Shown piece after piece: positions 37,875-47,413 of a stretch of 64,000 bases of DNA; position 1 is the first letter of the stretch; each line of letters opens with the position of its first letter. The DNA lies in contig JBMZXF010000003.1 of the NCBI GenBank assembly GCA_049627345.1, positions 12,719 to 76,718 on the forward strand, in the 5' to 3' direction. Below the pieces are notes generated by a model. That model saw only the letters and a list, made by a program, of their open reading frames with translations. It did not search any database and was not told the DNA's origin. Source of the DNA: Poseidonia sp. (lineage in GTDB: Archaea; Thermoplasmatota; Poseidoniia; Poseidoniales; Poseidoniaceae). Made by a program: the position numbers and the translations under genes.

Positions 37875-38633
37875 TTGAGCGTGCGCGTCGTCTCGCTGGT
37901 GCCGAGCCTGACGCTCACCCTGTTTGACTTCGGCTTGACCTCAGAACACATCGTTGGTCGCACGCCCTGGTGCATCCACCCGAAAGGCGAAGTGGACGAG
38001 GTCCCGGTGGTCGGTGGCACCAAAACCCCCACCCTTTCCAAAATCAAAGCCGCATGCCCCGACCTCGTGGTGATGGACCGCGACGAGAACCCCAAAGCGG
38101 TGTATGAATGGTGTCTGGAGCAAGGCTTCTCCACCTTTGTCTGCCATGTCCGCCATCCAAGCGATGTTCCCGGCATGCTCAGGGAATTGGGCGTCGCCGT
38201 CGGGTGCGAAGAAGCCGCTGAGGCGTTCGCTGTGGCGATTGAGGACGAGTTGGCCCAGGTTCCCGTGCAGGGTTCGAGAACGGCGCTGCCGTTGATTTGG
38301 CACGACCCGCTCATGGCCGCCAACGGCACAACGTACGCTGGTAACATGCTGACATGCCTCGGTTTCAAGGTCCCGAACATTGAATCTGAAGGGACCGGCT
38401 ATCCCGTCGTGACGCCCGATTCCATTGTCGAAAACGGTGTGACGGACCTGTTCCTTTCGAGTGAGCCACACGAATTCACCACCGCCGAAGGCCAGGCCTT
38501 GCACGCCGCTCTTGCCCAGTGCACCGACCAACCGCCGGCCGTCCACTTCATTGACGGCGAGGATCTGACGTGGATGGGAAGTCGAACGGCAACGGCGCTT
38601 CAGCGTCTACGAACTGTGCTGGACGTTGCTTGA
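37875..38633 (+). CDS. BtuF/TroA-like (cluster A) substrate-binding-fold protein without signal peptide
   Basis: VRVVSLVPSLTLTLFDFGL...IVGRTPWCIHP...VGGTKTPTLSKIKAACPDLVVMD follows the pattern of cobalamin/siderophore binding proteins. Non-ATG (TTG) start 3 nt after the ileS stop. No ABC permease or ATPase nearby. Confidence 0.6.
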   Translation: MSVRVVSLVPSLTLTLFDFGLTSEHIVGRTPWCIHPKGEVDEVPVVGGTKTPTLSKIKAACPDLVVMDRDENPKAVYEWCLEQGFSTFVCHVRHPSDVPGMLRELGVAVGCEEAAEAFAVAIEDELAQVPVQGSRTALPLIWHDPLMAANGTTYAGNMLTCLGFKVPNIESEGTGYPVVTPDSIVENGVTDLFLSSEPHEFTTAEGQALHAALAQCTDQPPAVHFIDGEDLTWMGSRTATALQRLRTVLDVA

Positions 38634-38698
38634 AGCGTGCATCATGCACCTTGAATCCGAAGCGACGGCTTCAAATCACGCCCAAGCGAGGGCGCAGC

Positions 38699-40093
38699 AT
38701 GCGCAGAACCGTCCTCGCAATGGCCATGGTCATCTCCATGATGCTGGCAGGATGTTTTGGGGACGGGAGCGAGACCATGACCAACGACGTGTCCCCCTCC
38801 ATCTTCGAATCCTACGAGCGCATTGACATGCAACCGCACGAGGTTGAGCGCTCGTTCATGACCGTCGATCTGCGCACCAACGAGACCACCAACACCACGT
38901 GGGCCGTGTTTGACGCCTCGTATGGTGGCAACTGCTGCGAGCACTACTTGGCAACCGACATCGACGGTCAAATCCTCAACATCGGCGGCGAATACCCGGT
39001 CTTTTCCACCGACCGAGGCCACCTCTGGGACACCTACATCCCACCCGCGCTGCCCGACCAGCAGTGCCGTACGTTCGTGCCTACCAACCCCGGCCAAGAA
39101 GGGCTCGGTGAAGGGAGCATTGTCCAAGCGACCAACGGGGACATCATCTCAATGTCGTGGTTCCCCTACGTCGGTGGCGACCTCAAACTGGACAAATTCT
39201 ACGCCATCCTCTACGACGATTCGGAGGGTGAGTGGAAGTGGTGCTACAACCGCATCACGGAGCCGTTCTACGACCGCTCGTGGCAAGTCGAGGTCATCGG
39301 CCCCATCAGTTCCTCCATCGGCGACGGCGAATGGGCGAGCATCGTGGTGTCCAACTTCTGGCATCAAACCCAAAATGCAGGCGGCCAGATCAGCGTTGAC
39401 GGCCTCAACTACTACCCCTTCCAGTTCCCCGGCCGAGACGGCGGCGACCCGCCCATTGAACTCGATTTGGACTTCACCGATGCTGACCTGCCCGAATACT
39501 GGGACGTCAACAAGCCGCACAAGGAAATGCGGGCCTTCCCGCTGCCCAGCGGTGGACTGATTTTCCCATCCTACTACAACAACGGCAACGCCGCCTACAT
39601 GGACACGACCCTCTCGTGGAACGAACTCGCCGTTCAATTCCCCTCCGAATACTGCCACATTGACCGAAAGGGAACCCTCCACTGCGTGGCCAACAGCGGC
39701 ACGAGTTTCACGCACTACATGTCCACCGACGGTGCCCAAACGTGGTCGAACCACACCTACGGGCTCGATGCGAAGGCGTCTCAAATTGAAGAATGGGAAT
39801 TCCAAGCCAACGGCGAGTTGGATTTGTTCATCCTCAACGTCCGCTACCAGTCCACCGAAGGACCCGATGTCGACACCGTCTACCACGTGCGAGGCTACTC
39901 CGAAGACATGTCCCCCGACACCCTCACCTACATCGGGCAAGGCGACCTTGACTCCACCTCCGGTGCTGGCAACGACATCCGGTTTGACTTCGCATCCCTT
40001 GGCATCCTCAACGACGGTGGCGTGGTCGTGGCTTACCACGATTCCACCGACCCCGACCCGCTGTTTGCCGTCGAGTTGGAATTGCCAGCGTGA
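38699..40093 (+). CDS. Lipobox lipoprotein with BNR/Asp-box motifs (sialidase-like beta-propeller suspected)
   Basis: MRRTVLAMAMVISMMLAGC-FGDG. Asp-box-like STDGAQTWS and STDRGHLWD. ATG 38699 preferred over the track start 38570, which overlaps the upstream gene. Confidence 0.7.
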   Translation: MRRTVLAMAMVISMMLAGCFGDGSETMTNDVSPSIFESYERIDMQPHEVERSFMTVDLRTNETTNTTWAVFDASYGGNCCEHYLATDIDGQILNIGGEYPVFSTDRGHLWDTYIPPALPDQQCRTFVPTNPGQEGLGEGSIVQATNGDIISMSWFPYVGGDLKLDKFYAILYDDSEGEWKWCYNRITEPFYDRSWQVEVIGPISSSIGDGEWASIVVSNFWHQTQNAGGQISVDGLNYYPFQFPGRDGGDPPIELDLDFTDADLPEYWDVNKPHKEMRAFPLPSGGLIFPSYYNNGNAAYMDTTLSWNELAVQFPSEYCHIDRKGTLHCVANSGTSFTHYMSTDGAQTWSNHTYGLDAKASQIEEWEFQANGELDLFILNVRYQSTEGPDVDTVYHVRGYSEDMSPDTLTYIGQGDLDSTSGAGNDIRFDFASLGILNDGGVVVAYHDSTDPDPLFAVELELPA

Positions 40094-42097
40094 TCAGTCC
40101 TCTTCGGCAAACATACCGAGGATGTCGCCAAACAGGGCCTTGGCGTGACCCGTGCTCTTTTCCACGAGCCGTTTCACGATCAGTTCAGGCGTCGACCGAG
40201 CGAGGTGGTTGCGCTTGGGCGTGCGGTCCACGAGCAGCTCAAGGTCGGCGCCCAGCCCACTCGCTTCGATGCCGTCCACACGGAGGTCGTCCCGCTTGGT
40301 CGCTGCCAAAATGGCCGGTGCAAGGTGGGTCACCAGCAACATGGTCGTGTCACGTTGCGCTTCTGCAGCGAGGAGCATACCGGCGATGATACGAGCACCA
40401 GCACCGGGTTCCGTGATGGCTTCCAGTTCATCGGCGAGGATGAGTTTCGGTGTCGGGTCGCTGACCACCGTCGCCAATTCGACCAACGTCTGCTCGAGCG
40501 CACCCGCACTCTGTGTTCCACCCGCTTTGGCCAGGATGTGAAGCGCCTCCACCTTGCCGATACGAGCGCGGCTGGCGGGAACGGGCAGCCCCATATGACC
40601 GAGGATGCAAGCGTAGGCCATGCACTCCAGCAGGGTGGTTTTGCCACCGGAATTGGCGCCCGTTAACAGCGCCAAGGATTGCTGGTCGCCCTTGATGGCG
40701 GCCTGGCCGAGACCGTAGGTAACGGGGTCGGGTTCGAGACCCAGCAGGATGTGTCGGCCGTCCTCCAGCCACATCCCATGGTCGACCAACTCCGGCATCA
40801 CGCAACGATCATGCTGGGCCCAGCGGGCGATGGACAACCACTGGTCGGCTTCGATGAGCCGGCTCACCGCGACCTCACAGTGAGGTTTGAGGGGGCCGAG
40901 TTGACGAGCGAGGTTGACGAGATGGTCGGTTTGCTCGGCCTTGAGTTTGGATTCAAGCGCAGCGTCGATGCCGTCGATGGTTTGTCGGTCGATCTTCGCC
41001 GGCCAAGCATCGGTGAAAATATCGAACGGGCAGCGCAGCCGTGCTGGTTCCAGGAAGGCAGCGAGGTGTTCACGGGCCTGCTGCATGGCTTCCTGAATGA
41101 CGTGGCCGGTGGCATCGCGAAGTTTTCGCTGAAACGCCGTGCCGTCGGCCAATGCTTCAAGCAATTCCGCACCTGAAAGCGCCATCTTGGCATCGTTCAT
41201 GGCGTTCTCAACCTGCTGGTTGACGTCGCCTTCGAGTTGCTTGACCGTGCCCCACAATTCGTCTTTGATGCGGGCCACCTCCTCAATGGAGGAAGCATCA
41301 CCGAGCATGGACATGGTTTCCGGAAGCGTGGAGAGGGGAGCAAGCGCCGTTCGAAGGGCATCCAAGGCTTCATTTTCAGGAAAGAGGTTGGCGTTCATGG
41401 CTTCAATGACACCACAGAGAACATCCAGGGTTTTCCGGTTGTGCGTAAACCAATCGATGGTGCGTTCGGGAAGAATGAGGGCTTCGTCCGGTGAAGAGCC
41501 CAGCACCAACCATCCGTCGGGTGCTTCCATGGGGGCGCCAGGCCCGAGCCACGACACGGTCTTGAACACGGTGTAGTCCTTCCACGATTCTTGCTCGGTG
41601 GGCTGGAGGACACGGCAGTATTTCTTGAGATGGTCCAACGGTTCGGGCGAAACCACGACACGTTCGTAGCGTTCCTGCTTTTCCTTCAGGCGACCGAGAT
41701 GACTCCACGCTTCACGCTGGGCCTCAAGCCAGGCACCGTCCAGGGTCATGGCGGCCGCAGCCATTCGTCGACGAGGTTCAGGGTCGGCGACCGGCATCAA
41801 CAGCCCCATGCGTTCTCGGGTGGCTGAGCAGGACGCAAAGGATTGAATGTGGGAGAGCAGGTGCTGATGGAGCTTCTGGGCTTCTTTGGTGGCGAGGAAG
41901 CCGCCTTCACCACCGGCATAGGACCGTGCCAGCGACAGCGCTCGCTTGACCGACAGCCCCTCAACCTCTGCGAGACGACCCACGTCGCCGGAGGCGAGCG
42001 TCGAGACGACGGCTTCTTCGGAGCCAAAATGTTCCTTCATCTTCGACGCCATGCGTTCGGTGACACCGGGCAATTTGGTCAAAACCATGCGAGCCAT
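40094..42097 (-). CDS. MutS-related ATPase (MutS domain V only) with N-terminal helix-hairpin-helix region
   Basis: Walker A LLTGANSGGKTTLLECMA, Walker B ILADELEAITEPGAGARI. N-terminal LPGVTERMASKMKEHFGSEEAV...VEGLSVKRALSL. No recognisable mismatch-binding domain or Smr domain. Confidence 0.78.
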   Translation of the reverse strand: MARMVLTKLPGVTERMASKMKEHFGSEEAVVSTLASGDVGRLAEVEGLSVKRALSLARSYAGGEGGFLATKEAQKLHQHLLSHIQSFASCSATRERMGLLMPVADPEPRRRMAAAAMTLDGAWLEAQREAWSHLGRLKEKQERYERVVVSPEPLDHLKKYCRVLQPTEQESWKDYTVFKTVSWLGPGAPMEAPDGWLVLGSSPDEALILPERTIDWFTHNRKTLDVLCGVIEAMNANLFPENEALDALRTALAPLSTLPETMSMLGDASSIEEVARIKDELWGTVKQLEGDVNQQVENAMNDAKMALSGAELLEALADGTAFQRKLRDATGHVIQEAMQQAREHLAAFLEPARLRCPFDIFTDAWPAKIDRQTIDGIDAALESKLKAEQTDHLVNLARQLGPLKPHCEVAVSRLIEADQWLSIARWAQHDRCVMPELVDHGMWLEDGRHILLGLEPDPVTYGLGQAAIKGDQQSLALLTGANSGGKTTLLECMAYACILGHMGLPVPASRARIGKVEALHILAKAGGTQSAGALEQTLVELATVVSDPTPKLILADELEAITEPGAGARIIAGMLLAAEAQRDTTMLLVTHLAPAILAATKRDDLRVDGIEASGLGADLELLVDRTPKRNHLARSTPELIVKRLVEKSTGHAKALFGDILGMFAEED

Positions 42098-42230
42098 CGT
42101 TTGTCAAGGGCTTAAGAGGATGACGCTGGGGGCGAGAGAGGAACGCCGTTTGAAGGGGTGTGAAACTGAACCCACCTATTGAGAATCTACAGGGAGCATT
42201 GGTGTCTGCCTCTGATGTCGCAGCCACAAC

Positions 42231-42500
42231 ATGGGACTGATGAGAGAACACATGGCGGCCATGGACGCCGCAAGTTATGACCGCACATGGGTCGAAATTG
42301 ATGCGTTGCTTGAACAAGCCGTTCAAGAAATGAAATCACAACGAGCGAAGTACAAACTGAGGAAGATGACCGGACCAAAAGCGGACAAGATGCGGGCGTT
42401 GATGAAATACACACGGGCCAAAGCCGTGGTTGATACGCTACGTTGGACCGTTGGTGTTCGCGGACAGATTTCGCCGCTGGACGAGCCCCTCAAGACGTAA
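42231..42500 (+). CDS. Hypothetical 89-aa basic helical protein
   Basis: ORF only. The composition looks protein-like (KSQRAKYKLRKMTGPKADKMRALMKYTRAKAVVDTLRW). No family recognised. Confidence 0.35.
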   Translation: MGLMREHMAAMDAASYDRTWVEIDALLEQAVQEMKSQRAKYKLRKMTGPKADKMRALMKYTRAKAVVDTLRWTVGVRGQISPLDEPLKT

Positions 42501-42505
42501 GAACC

Positions 42506-44311
42506 TCAACAGAGACGCTGGCCTTCACCACCGTAATCCTGCATCGGCGCCTGGAACAGGTCGTCGCAGGTTCGCTTGACGATCGGCAGCGTCAGCGTCG
42601 ACTCTGCCCAATTGATGGAATAACCACCGGCGGCAGCGGGTGAGGGCACGTAGTCGCGCCCCGTTTGGGACATCGTGATGACGATGGTCTCGCCCTGTTC
42701 AAGGAAAATATCCATGGCCATGAACTCCATTTTTCCGAGGACGGTTTCGAAACCAACGAGCACTTCTTGGCCGTCGCGGCCGCCTTCGTGGAAGCGGAAG
42801 TCCATGACAGCGTGACCCAAACGCAAGCCGTTGCCGTCGCTCATCTCGAGGTAGCCGTGCGCACCGTTCGTGGTGTGCGGGGTGACGGCGATGTGGAAGG
42901 TCGGCATGCCGGCGATGTAGACGTCTTCTTCAAACGGTCCGTAGGTCATCGTGATGGTTTCCGTGGTGGTGACCATGGAGGCGCCGGAGGGACTCAAATC
43001 GGCTGCTGGGATCTCAAGGTATTCGGTGTCAGGTGCGGGGTAGGTGCTCTCAAAGCGCCAGCCACCTCGGTTGTCTTGCATCTCTACGCCAAGCGTCGGG
43101 GCTCGACCTTCGCCCTTGAGGTACCAGTCAAACCAGTACAGCATCTCATCGGCCCAGTCCCATCGCAACGTGTAGGGGTAGGCCTCTGCTCCCTCACCCG
43201 AAGGCAAGGCACTGTGGCCGGAGGTGCGGTCAGGATAGTCGTGAGCCCACTGGCCGGCCAGCGTCTTGATTTCAATACCAGCGTCGGCCACAAGTTGGTG
43301 GGTTGGGAAGGACATGTGCGGGTCGACGTTCCAATCCTGCATGCCTTGAATGATGTAGACCGAACCGTTGTAGTTCTCAATGACGCGGTCAAGGAAGGAG
43401 CGTTCGGTCCAGTAGTCGTTGCCAGCGTACGTGACCATGCCGCCAGTGAGGTAGGCTGCGGGGCCGTTGTAGTAGCCCTCGAGGTAACCTTCGCACAAGG
43501 TGTGAGAGTCTTCGGTGTCGCCGTCAATGCCGAAGGAGCCGTAGACGCCGTTGTGCATGATCATCCCTCGGGCCTCCATGCTGCCGTTGCGCCACATCAA
43601 CTCGTGAACACCGATGAGACCCGACATGGGCACGATGGTGGCCAGGTGAGGGTTGCCGAAGGTGGCGGCCTGCCATGGGGTTGAGCCGTCGTAGGATTTG
43701 CCAATCATGCCAACCTTGCCGTTGGACCATGCTTGGGTGCCAAGCCACGACACGGCAGCATCGATACCGCGCTGCTCGTCGGTGCCCATCAAGTCCATGC
43801 AGTGGTTGGATTCACCGGTTCCGAACACGGAAACTTGAGCGACCCCGTAGCCGTGAGGAACGTAATTCTCAATCAGCATCTTGCCGAGCCGGTCGGCCGG
43901 GGTCAACGCATCGACATCCCCGTCGTTGTAGTACGGTCCAACCTCGGCGATGACGGGGACCTGGCACGAGGGGTCAAGGGACTCACTTTCCCAGTCGCAT
44001 CCGTCGATAACCGGCAACCAAAGGCCGAGGTGAACCGTGGCATCGCCGGTGAGGCCTGCGCCACCGTCAGCCGCCGTGATCGTCGGTACTGGAACGTAGA
44101 CAGAGCGAACCGTGTCGATGGCGTACGAGCCGTTCACGCTGACCCGCGCATAGATGTCCGTCGCATCGTAAGTGAGGTCGGCCCGGTCCCACGGTTCCGG
44201 GTAGACGTCCGTACCACCCTCAATCAATTCCTCAAGGGTGTCCTCGCCAAAACATCCGGCGAGCATGCTCGTCGAAAAGAGCAGCACCACCAACACGGGC
44301 TTGAGGTCCAT
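42506..44311 (-). CDS. Lipobox lipoprotein, X-Pro dipeptidyl-peptidase (S15) / CocE-NonD family hydrolase
   Basis: MDLKPVLVVLLFSTSMLAGC-FGED. Nucleophile elbow MIGKSYDGSTPWQAA (GxSYxG). ATG 44311; the track start 44707 runs through the trx gene in another frame and is rejected. Confidence 0.75.
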   Translation of the reverse strand: MDLKPVLVVLLFSTSMLAGCFGEDTLEELIEGGTDVYPEPWDRADLTYDATDIYARVSVNGSYAIDTVRSVYVPVPTITAADGGAGLTGDATVHLGLWLPVIDGCDWESESLDPSCQVPVIAEVGPYYNDGDVDALTPADRLGKMLIENYVPHGYGVAQVSVFGTGESNHCMDLMGTDEQRGIDAAVSWLGTQAWSNGKVGMIGKSYDGSTPWQAATFGNPHLATIVPMSGLIGVHELMWRNGSMEARGMIMHNGVYGSFGIDGDTEDSHTLCEGYLEGYYNGPAAYLTGGMVTYAGNDYWTERSFLDRVIENYNGSVYIIQGMQDWNVDPHMSFPTHQLVADAGIEIKTLAGQWAHDYPDRTSGHSALPSGEGAEAYPYTLRWDWADEMLYWFDWYLKGEGRAPTLGVEMQDNRGGWRFESTYPAPDTEYLEIPAADLSPSGASMVTTTETITMTYGPFEEDVYIAGMPTFHIAVTPHTTNGAHGYLEMSDGNGLRLGHAVMDFRFHEGGRDGQEVLVGFETVLGKMEFMAMDIFLEQGETIVITMSQTGRDYVPSPAAAGGYSINWAESTLTLPIVKRTCDDLFQAPMQDYGGEGQRLC

Positions 44312-44360
44312 GAACCACGGGGGTTGTTGGGTTGCTTTGAACCAATCGGAGGCGTGAGCA

Positions 44361-44756
44361 TCACTCGTTGCCGGCGTCCTCGGAGGCTGCTTCCTCTTGG
44401 GCGGCAAGTTCGGCGCGAACTTCGTCCATATCGAGTTCCTTGAGTTTCTCGACCAAGTCCTTGAGGGCATCCTCTGGGAGGGCACCGGGCTGCATGAACA
44501 CACCGATGCCTTCCTTGAACGCAATGGTGGTCGGGATGGAACGGATGCCAAACATACCGGCAAGCGCCTGCTGCTCCTCGGTGTTGATCTTCCCAAACAC
44601 CACGTCAGGGAAGCCTTCTGAGACACGCTCGTACACCGGTCCGTAGGCCTTGCACGGACCACACCATTCGGCCCAGAAGTCAAGGATGACGAGTTCGTTG
44701 TTTTCAATCGTCTCGGCGAACATCGGTTCGCTGATGTCGAGGGTTGCCATAACCAT
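44361..44756 (-). CDS. trx: Thioredoxin
   Basis: LVILDFWAEWCGPCKAYGP canonical WCGPC site. ATG 44756 (or 44750) gives about 130 aa with an acidic C-terminal helix. Confidence 0.88.
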   Translation of the reverse strand: MVMATLDISEPMFAETIENNELVILDFWAEWCGPCKAYGPVYERVSEGFPDVVFGKINTEEQQALAGMFGIRSIPTTIAFKEGIGVFMQPGALPEDALKDLVEKLKELDMDEVRAELAAQEEAASEDAGNE

Positions 44757-44839
44757 GTCCGTACATCCGGCCCTTTTCAACTCCTGTGCTGGTACCGCTG
44801 AAGGAACGGGCTTATCAGCCGCCACACGCTCCAACACCC

Positions 44840-47413
44840 ATGGCCCGCCGCCTCATCATCGCAGTTCTTCTCGTCGCCATGTTTCTCGGCCAAAGCACCA
44901 GTACGGTGATGACCTTCGACCAAACAACGGTCAGCGAGGTCAACGCCAGGAGTTCGGACGTCCGGATCAGTGAGATTCTGGTCTCTGCCTCCTCCGAACA
45001 ATACAACGGCACCGATTGGAACAACGACGGGGACATCGGCTCTTCTTCTGACCAATTCATTGAGTTGTGGAATGCAGGCACTGACCCCGTCGATGTTTCG
45101 GACTGGCTCCTGGACGACGTGGCTGAAGGTGGTTCTGCGCCGTGCCGACTGGCATGGAACACGACCATCGAGCCAAACGACTACATCGTCATCTTCCGAG
45201 CCAGTTCCCGGATTGAACTGGATTACTGGGACGGCGACACGGCCACCATCGCTGACGCCGCCGGCAACGTGATCGACACGCTGTCGTACGGAGCTGAAGA
45301 TTCGTGGTGGGACACGTCCTACGTCAAGGCCCTCAACGGTACCATCACCAAAGTCGAGCCCCCCACACCTGGCTGGGGCGACGATGCCAGTTACCCGGTC
45401 GCTCAGAACATGGTTCGCTGCTACGGTTTGAACGACAACGTGCACGAAGGTGCCTACGTCCTGAAAGGACGCATCGTCCCCATGACCGGCGAAGCGGACG
45501 TGATCAACGAGGGGCACGTGCTGGTCAAAGACGGGATGATCGAAGCCGTCTGGGAAAACCAAGTCCCATCCGACATCCAATTGACCAACGTCCCCGTCAT
45601 TGAGACCAACGGCACCATCTACCCCGGTTTGCTTGACCTCCACAACCACCTCCACTACAACCAAGCCCCGCTTTGGGACATGACCCCCCACCTGCCGGAG
45701 AACAACCGCAACGCTTGGGGCGGCTACAACAACCGCTACGAGTGGAAGGACCACCCCGACTACAGCGAACAGGTGACCAAGCCCAAGATGCTGGTGCACT
45801 CCGGACCGTACTGGAACATGGAATCTGAAGCCATGAAGTACATCGAGATGAAATCCATCGTCGGCGGTGCGACGGCAGCCCAAGGCGGGCCAAGCAACCC
45901 CGATGACAGCTATGCAACCGTCCTCTCACGGAACATTGAGGACTACAACTTCGGCAGGGACGAAATCCACACCAAGGTCACGGAGTTGACCTCCGATTAT
46001 GTCGGCAATCACATCAAAACAGGCAACGCCAGCGGTGAACTTGACGCTTGGTTCATCCACATCGCTGAAGGTGTCGACGAGCGCAGCAGGGCGGAGTTTG
46101 ACATCCTCGTCCAAAACAACCTTCTGGTCGGTGAATTGGTGCTGATTCACGGCGTCGCCCTCACGGACCAAGAGTTCACAAAAATGGCAGAGGTGGGTGC
46201 GACGCTCGTGTGGTCCCCCCTCTCCAACCTCCTGCTCTACGGGCAAACCGCCGACATTGCAGCCGCGAAGGCGGCTGGCGTCCACATCACCCTCGCCCCG
46301 GACTGGGCCCCCTCAGGTTCCAAATCCCCCCTCCACGAATTGAAGGTGGCCGACCTGTGGGACGACGAAATGCTCGGGGACATCTTCACCGACTACGAAC
46401 TGGTCGAGATGGTGACCAGCAGCGCCGCTCAAGCGACCAACTGGGACGTCGAGGTTGGCACCATTGAAGCCGGCAAGGTCGCCGACTTGGTGGTGGTCGA
46501 CAACATCGATGCCAACCCCTACCGCAACCTCATCAACGCCGTGGACCCCGATGTTCGCTTGACCGTGGTCGGTGGTTTGGCCGTGTACGGCGACCAAGAC
46601 ATCATGACGGCGCTGAAGGGCGACGACACCGAACCGGCCGGAAAATTCGGCAAAGCCGTCGACGTCACCTACTTGGCGGCGCCCGAGGGCGCACAAACGT
46701 GGGCCAGCATCGTCGAAAACCTGACCATGGCCATGCGGTTTGACACGGAGGAAATGCGAGCGGCTTTCGGCGACGCCAACGACTTTGACAGCGTCACCCG
46801 AGACATGGGCTACGTCGGACTCGACCCTTGGTACACCTACGGTGATGAACGCTACTTCGACGTCCTCAACGGCTCCTCAACGGCCAACTTCCAATGGGAC
46901 ATGTCTCTTCTGTACGACCGCTACTACGACCGAGCAGAAACCCTTCCAGTTATCACCGAATTCGAAGTCGTTGAAGTGGAAGAACCCGCACCCTGCGAGG
47001 ATGGAACTGCGCCACCGTGCACTGTTGATGAACCGGACAACGGGCCGGACAATTCCACCAATCAGACGACCGACGGCACGGGGACCAACGACGGCACCGG
47101 CACCACGGACACTGGCAACAACGGCGACAACGGACAAACCACCGCCCCCGTTGACACCTCGCAAGCCGAGGATGAGGATGTCGAGCAGCAAGCCCTGCTG
47201 CTGTTCTTTGCCATCGTTGTGCTCCTGCTCGTCGGCCTGTACTTCGTGTCAAGGGGCGGGGAAGACGCCCTTGCAGCCGAGGTTCAGATTGAGAAAATGT
47301 GGGATGAACAGGAAGCGGCAGCTGGGGCTGAGGCGATGGATGACGGCCCGAGTTCCACCGGCTTCGTGCCGGCGCTCCCACCGTTGGAGATTCCCTCGGA
47401 CGAGACCGAGTGA
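44840..47413 (+). CDS. Membrane-anchored extracellular protein: lamin-tail domain (LTD) fused to a metal-dependent amidohydrolase
   Basis: Signal MARRLIIAVLLVAMFLGQS. LTD pattern RISEILVSASS...SDQFIELWNAGTDPVDVSDWLLDD. Amidohydrolase YVLKGRIVP...VLVKDGMIEAV...GLLDLHNHLHYN. Thr/Gly/Asn linker, TM ALLLFFAIVVLLLVGLYFV, acidic tail. Confidence 0.8.
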   Translation: MARRLIIAVLLVAMFLGQSTSTVMTFDQTTVSEVNARSSDVRISEILVSASSEQYNGTDWNNDGDIGSSSDQFIELWNAGTDPVDVSDWLLDDVAEGGSAPCRLAWNTTIEPNDYIVIFRASSRIELDYWDGDTATIADAAGNVIDTLSYGAEDSWWDTSYVKALNGTITKVEPPTPGWGDDASYPVAQNMVRCYGLNDNVHEGAYVLKGRIVPMTGEADVINEGHVLVKDGMIEAVWENQVPSDIQLTNVPVIETNGTIYPGLLDLHNHLHYNQAPLWDMTPHLPENNRNAWGGYNNRYEWKDHPDYSEQVTKPKMLVHSGPYWNMESEAMKYIEMKSIVGGATAAQGGPSNPDDSYATVLSRNIEDYNFGRDEIHTKVTELTSDYVGNHIKTGNASGELDAWFIHIAEGVDERSRAEFDILVQNNLLVGELVLIHGVALTDQEFTKMAEVGATLVWSPLSNLLLYGQTADIAAAKAAGVHITLAPDWAPSGSKSPLHELKVADLWDDEMLGDIFTDYELVEMVTSSAAQATNWDVEVGTIEAGKVADLVVVDNIDANPYRNLINAVDPDVRLTVVGGLAVYGDQDIMTALKGDDTEPAGKFGKAVDVTYLAAPEGAQTWASIVENLTMAMRFDTEEMRAAFGDANDFDSVTRDMGYVGLDPWYTYGDERYFDVLNGSSTANFQWDMSLLYDRYYDRAETLPVITEFEVVEVEEPAPCEDGTAPPCTVDEPDNGPDNSTNQTTDGTGTNDGTGTTDTGNNGDNGQTTAPVDTSQAEDEDVEQQALLLFFAIVVLLLVGLYFVSRGGEDALAAEVQIEKMWDEQEAAAGAEAMDDGPSSTGFVPALPPLEIPSDETE

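Noticed and set aside
38699-38758. Twin-arginine (Tat) export for proteins starting MRRTV... (also 56559 MRRTVPV, 44840 MARRLII, 34413 MAGRRGH)
   Set aside because: RR is present, but the flanking residues do not match the S/T-R-R-x-F-L-K consensus well, and RR also occurs in Sec n-regions. I cannot decide without a predictor.
42098-42230. 133-nt intergenic region examined as a possible small RNA
   Set aside because: Only 4-bp complementarities were found, with no convincing stem or conserved box. It is most simply the divergent promoter region of the MutS-like gene and the 89-aa ORF.
44312-44707. N-terminal 132-aa extension of the S15 peptidase ORF (similar extensions at 13263..13376, 19208..19372, 34414..34656, 38570..38698, 22562..22654)
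   Set aside because: The extensions overlap upstream genes or promoters and are Ser/Arg/Pro-rich. In each case an internal ATG gives a proper signal peptide or a canonical N-terminal motif.
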